Virus record (IMG/VR): IMGVR_UViG_3300017778_003242 | Span: 1-15,283 of that record | DNA: 15,283 bases | Strand: one strand, 5' to 3' | Source of the DNA: a virus | Taxonomy: Duplodnaviria > Heunggongvirae > Uroviricota > Caudoviricetes | Part shown: piece after piece, positions 13,185 to 15,283 of the stretch | Position numbering within the stretch: the first letter of the stretch is position 1 | Layout of the letters: every line of letters begins with the position of its first letter | Translations under genes and position numbers: made by a program | Notes under the pieces: generated by a model | The model's input: only the letters and a program-made list of their open reading frames with translations | The model's database searches: none | Told to the model about the DNA's origin: nothing

Positions 13185-15283
13185 GCACGTAACCCTCGAC
13201 TTCGAAACCCGATCAGAAGTCGGTATCGATGTCGGCGCTTGGCGCTACGCTGGCGATCCCTCTACGGAGGTGATGATGCTGGCGTGGGCCATCGGCGACG
13301 CCATCGAAAATCCCGACATCTTCTGGGGGCCGACCATCGCTCAACCGGCGGTGCTGGGGGAGCCGTACAAGGTCGGTGAGCGCAAGGGCCAGCCCCGCGT
13401 GCTCGTCCCGGCCATTGAGGTGCCAACGCCAGAACTGGACACGCTGACCGGCTTGCCGGTTTGCCCGCCCGCGCTCGTCAAGGCGATCGCCGACGGTATG
13501 CTGTTCGAGGCTCACAACGCTGAGTTCGAACGTGCTGTGTGGACGTGCATCTGCGTACGTCGTTGGGGATGGCCCCAGATACCGTTGCGCCAGTGGCGAT
13601 GCTCCGCAGCTAAAGGCGCAGCGTACGCTCTACCGCGCGATCTGGAGCGATTGGCGCGCGTCCTGAGTGTCAAGCATCAGAAAGACGTGGGCGAGGGTAG
13701 CGCTGCGCTCAAATCGCTCTACAAGCCCCGTGAGCCCACCAAGGATAACCCGCGGAAGTGGCCCGGCGACACGGCCACGTTCCTACGGTGCGCCGACTAT
13801 AACAAACAGGACGTGCGGGCGGAATACGATGTCTCGAAAGAGCTGCCCGATCTGATTCCATTCGAATGGGAAATCTGGTTCGTCGATCAAGAACTGAACG
13901 AGCGCGGCGTCAAGATCGACATCGATCTCGCTGAAGCGGCTATGCGTCTCGCTGAAGATGCGAAGCACGTGATGAACACAGAGCTGCGCGACCTGATGCA
14001 AGACCCGACGGTCACCGGCGGATCGCGCGATCGCGTGAAAGAACACCTTGGCCTGATCTACAAAGAGTTCGATGACCTTCAAGGCGAGACGCTGGACAAG
14101 GCGCTGGAAGACCCGGAGATCAGCTCTCACGCGCTGCGTGTGATTGAGCTGGTGCGCGATATCAACCGCACGACCACGTCCAAGTACAAGAAGGCCGTCG
14201 CTCGCTGCCTTGAGGACCACTTCGCCCGCTCGAACCTCATGTACTGGGGAGCCCAAACCGGGCGCTGGAGCGGCAAGGGTCTACAGCTCCACAATCTCAA
14301 ACGCCCCGGCAAGCCGCATCCGAAGTATGCGACGGCCAAGGGCAAGCTCGACATGGACAAGCTCGCCGCCGACATCAAACAGATGACGGTGAAAGAGCTT
14401 ATGCTTTTGTCGAAGATGCCGATCAACTTCCTGTCGGACGTGATCCGCGGCCTGATCATCCCACGCGCTGGTTACGAACTGGCGGTCGGCGACTACGCGG
14501 CTGTTGAAGCGCGCGGCGTGATGTGGCTGGCGAACTGCCAGATCGCTCTCGACATCTTCGCGAGCGGCAAGGACATCTATCTCGACATCGCCATGGAGAT
14601 TTATCGCCGCCATCTTACGAAGGCGGACGAGAAAGAACGCCAGCTAGGCAAGCAGGCGATCCTCGGTCTGGGCTATGGCATGGGAGCTGTGAAGTTCCTT
14701 GAGACGTGCGCGAAGTACAAAATCTTCTTCACCGAAGAGATGGCGCGAGCGCTGGTGCCGGAAGCTGACTGGAAGGAACTGGAAGAACTGTTCCGCGATG
14801 CCAAACAGGCGGCGATCTACGCGCCCGGCTATCTCATCACCGAAGAGACGTTGCCCCCGCTGATCATGGCGAAGTACATCGTCGATCGTTATCGCGGCAA
14901 GTACGATGAAGTGAAGAAGACGTGGCGCGAAGTCGAGAACGCGGCTATCGAAGCTCTTCAGCGAGCGGAGAACAACGACAAGAGCTGGGTCGCTTGCTGT
15001 GACAAGAAGATTCACTGGAAGAAGGTCGGCAACTTCCTGTTTTGCCGTCTGCCTTCTGGCCGGTTGCTCTCGTACCCGTTCGCGCATCTGAAAAACGAGA
15101 AGACCAAGTTCCTCGACAAGAATGGCAATCCTGTCTACAAGCCGTCCATCCGCTACTTCGCCGTTGACGGCCTCACGAAGCAATGGGGTCCGACGCACAC
15201 CTACGGCGGGGCACTGGTCGAAAACATCGTCCAAGCTATCTGCCGCGATCTCATGGCGTACGCGATGGTCATGTGCTTTCGCA
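13177..15283 (+). CDS. polA: Family A DNA polymerase with 3'-5' exonuclease (SPO2/APSE type); partial, runs off the window end
   Basis: Not in the ORF track. Manual translation from TTG 13177 is open for 702 codons, with ExoI DFETRS, ExoII AHNAEFER, ExoIII YNKQDV, TGRWSGKGLQLHNL, motif A GDYAAVEAR, motif B RQLGKQAILGLGYGMG and YGGALVENIVQAICRD. Confidence 0.96.
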   Translation, partial: MSKHVTLDFETRSEVGIDVGAWRYAGDPSTEVMMLAWAIGDAIENPDIFWGPTIAQPAVLGEPYKVGERKGQPRVLVPAIEVPTPELDTLTGLPVCPPALVKAIADGMLFEAHNAEFERAVWTCICVRRWGWPQIPLRQWRCSAAKGAAYALPRDLERLARVLSVKHQKDVGEGSAALKSLYKPREPTKDNPRKWPGDTATFLRCADYNKQDVRAEYDVSKELPDLIPFEWEIWFVDQELNERGVKIDIDLAEAAMRLAEDAKHVMNTELRDLMQDPTVTGGSRDRVKEHLGLIYKEFDDLQGETLDKALEDPEISSHALRVIELVRDINRTTTSKYKKAVARCLEDHFARSNLMYWGAQTGRWSGKGLQLHNLKRPGKPHPKYATAKGKLDMDKLAADIKQMTVKELMLLSKMPINFLSDVIRGLIIPRAGYELAVGDYAAVEARGVMWLANCQIALDIFASGKDIYLDIAMEIYRRHLTKADEKERQLGKQAILGLGYGMGAVKFLETCAKYKIFFTEEMARALVPEADWKELEELFRDAKQAAIYAPGYLITEETLPPLIMAKYIVDRYRGKYDEVKKTWREVENAAIEALQRAENNDKSWVACCDKKIHWKKVGNFLFCRLPSGRLLSYPFAHLKNEKTKFLDKNGNPVYKPSIRYFAVDGLTKQWGPTHTYGGALVENIVQAICRDLMAYAMVMCFR

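Larger units (their letters stand above)
1..15283. mobile_element. Segment of a tailed dsDNA bacteriophage (or prophage) genome, probably with an alphaproteobacterial host
   Basis: Phage-type primase, DUF2800 nuclease, DUF2815 SSB, SPO2/APSE-type PolA, MazG-like and GapR-like genes, a fibre gene, and tight TGATG/ATGA/TAATG gene overlaps. No host housekeeping genes and no integrase in the window. Confidence 0.95.

Overview
The window is a segment of a tailed dsDNA phage genome, probably infecting an alphaproteobacterium (it encodes a GapR/DUF2312 homologue and has alphaproteobacterial-style promoters). It has two divergent arms meeting at back-to-back promoters at about 7705-7776. The minus arm carries a Prim-Pol/PriCT-2/SF3-helicase primase, then a three-gene virion-fibre cassette with an apparent own promoter: a 109-aa protein, a 1436-aa repetitive fibre and a small protein cut by the window start. 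The plus arm is an APSE/SPO2/Chi-type replication module: small hypothetical genes, a DUF2800 Cas4-like nuclease, a DUF2815 ssDNA-binding protein, a MazG-like protein, a hypothetical gene, a GapR-like protein and a family A DNA polymerase running off the window end. The ORF track misses both terminal partial genes (1..389 and 13177..end). The most notable unexplained signals are a C-terminal L-[D/E]-G-L-V tag on three unrelated proteins, an internally duplicated MazG whose halves keep complementary motifs, the stand-alone fibre cassette with nested duplications, a perfect 15-bp hairpin with no U-tract, and a riboswitch-like leader before the MazG gene. All family assignments come from motif recognition by eye; no searches were run.
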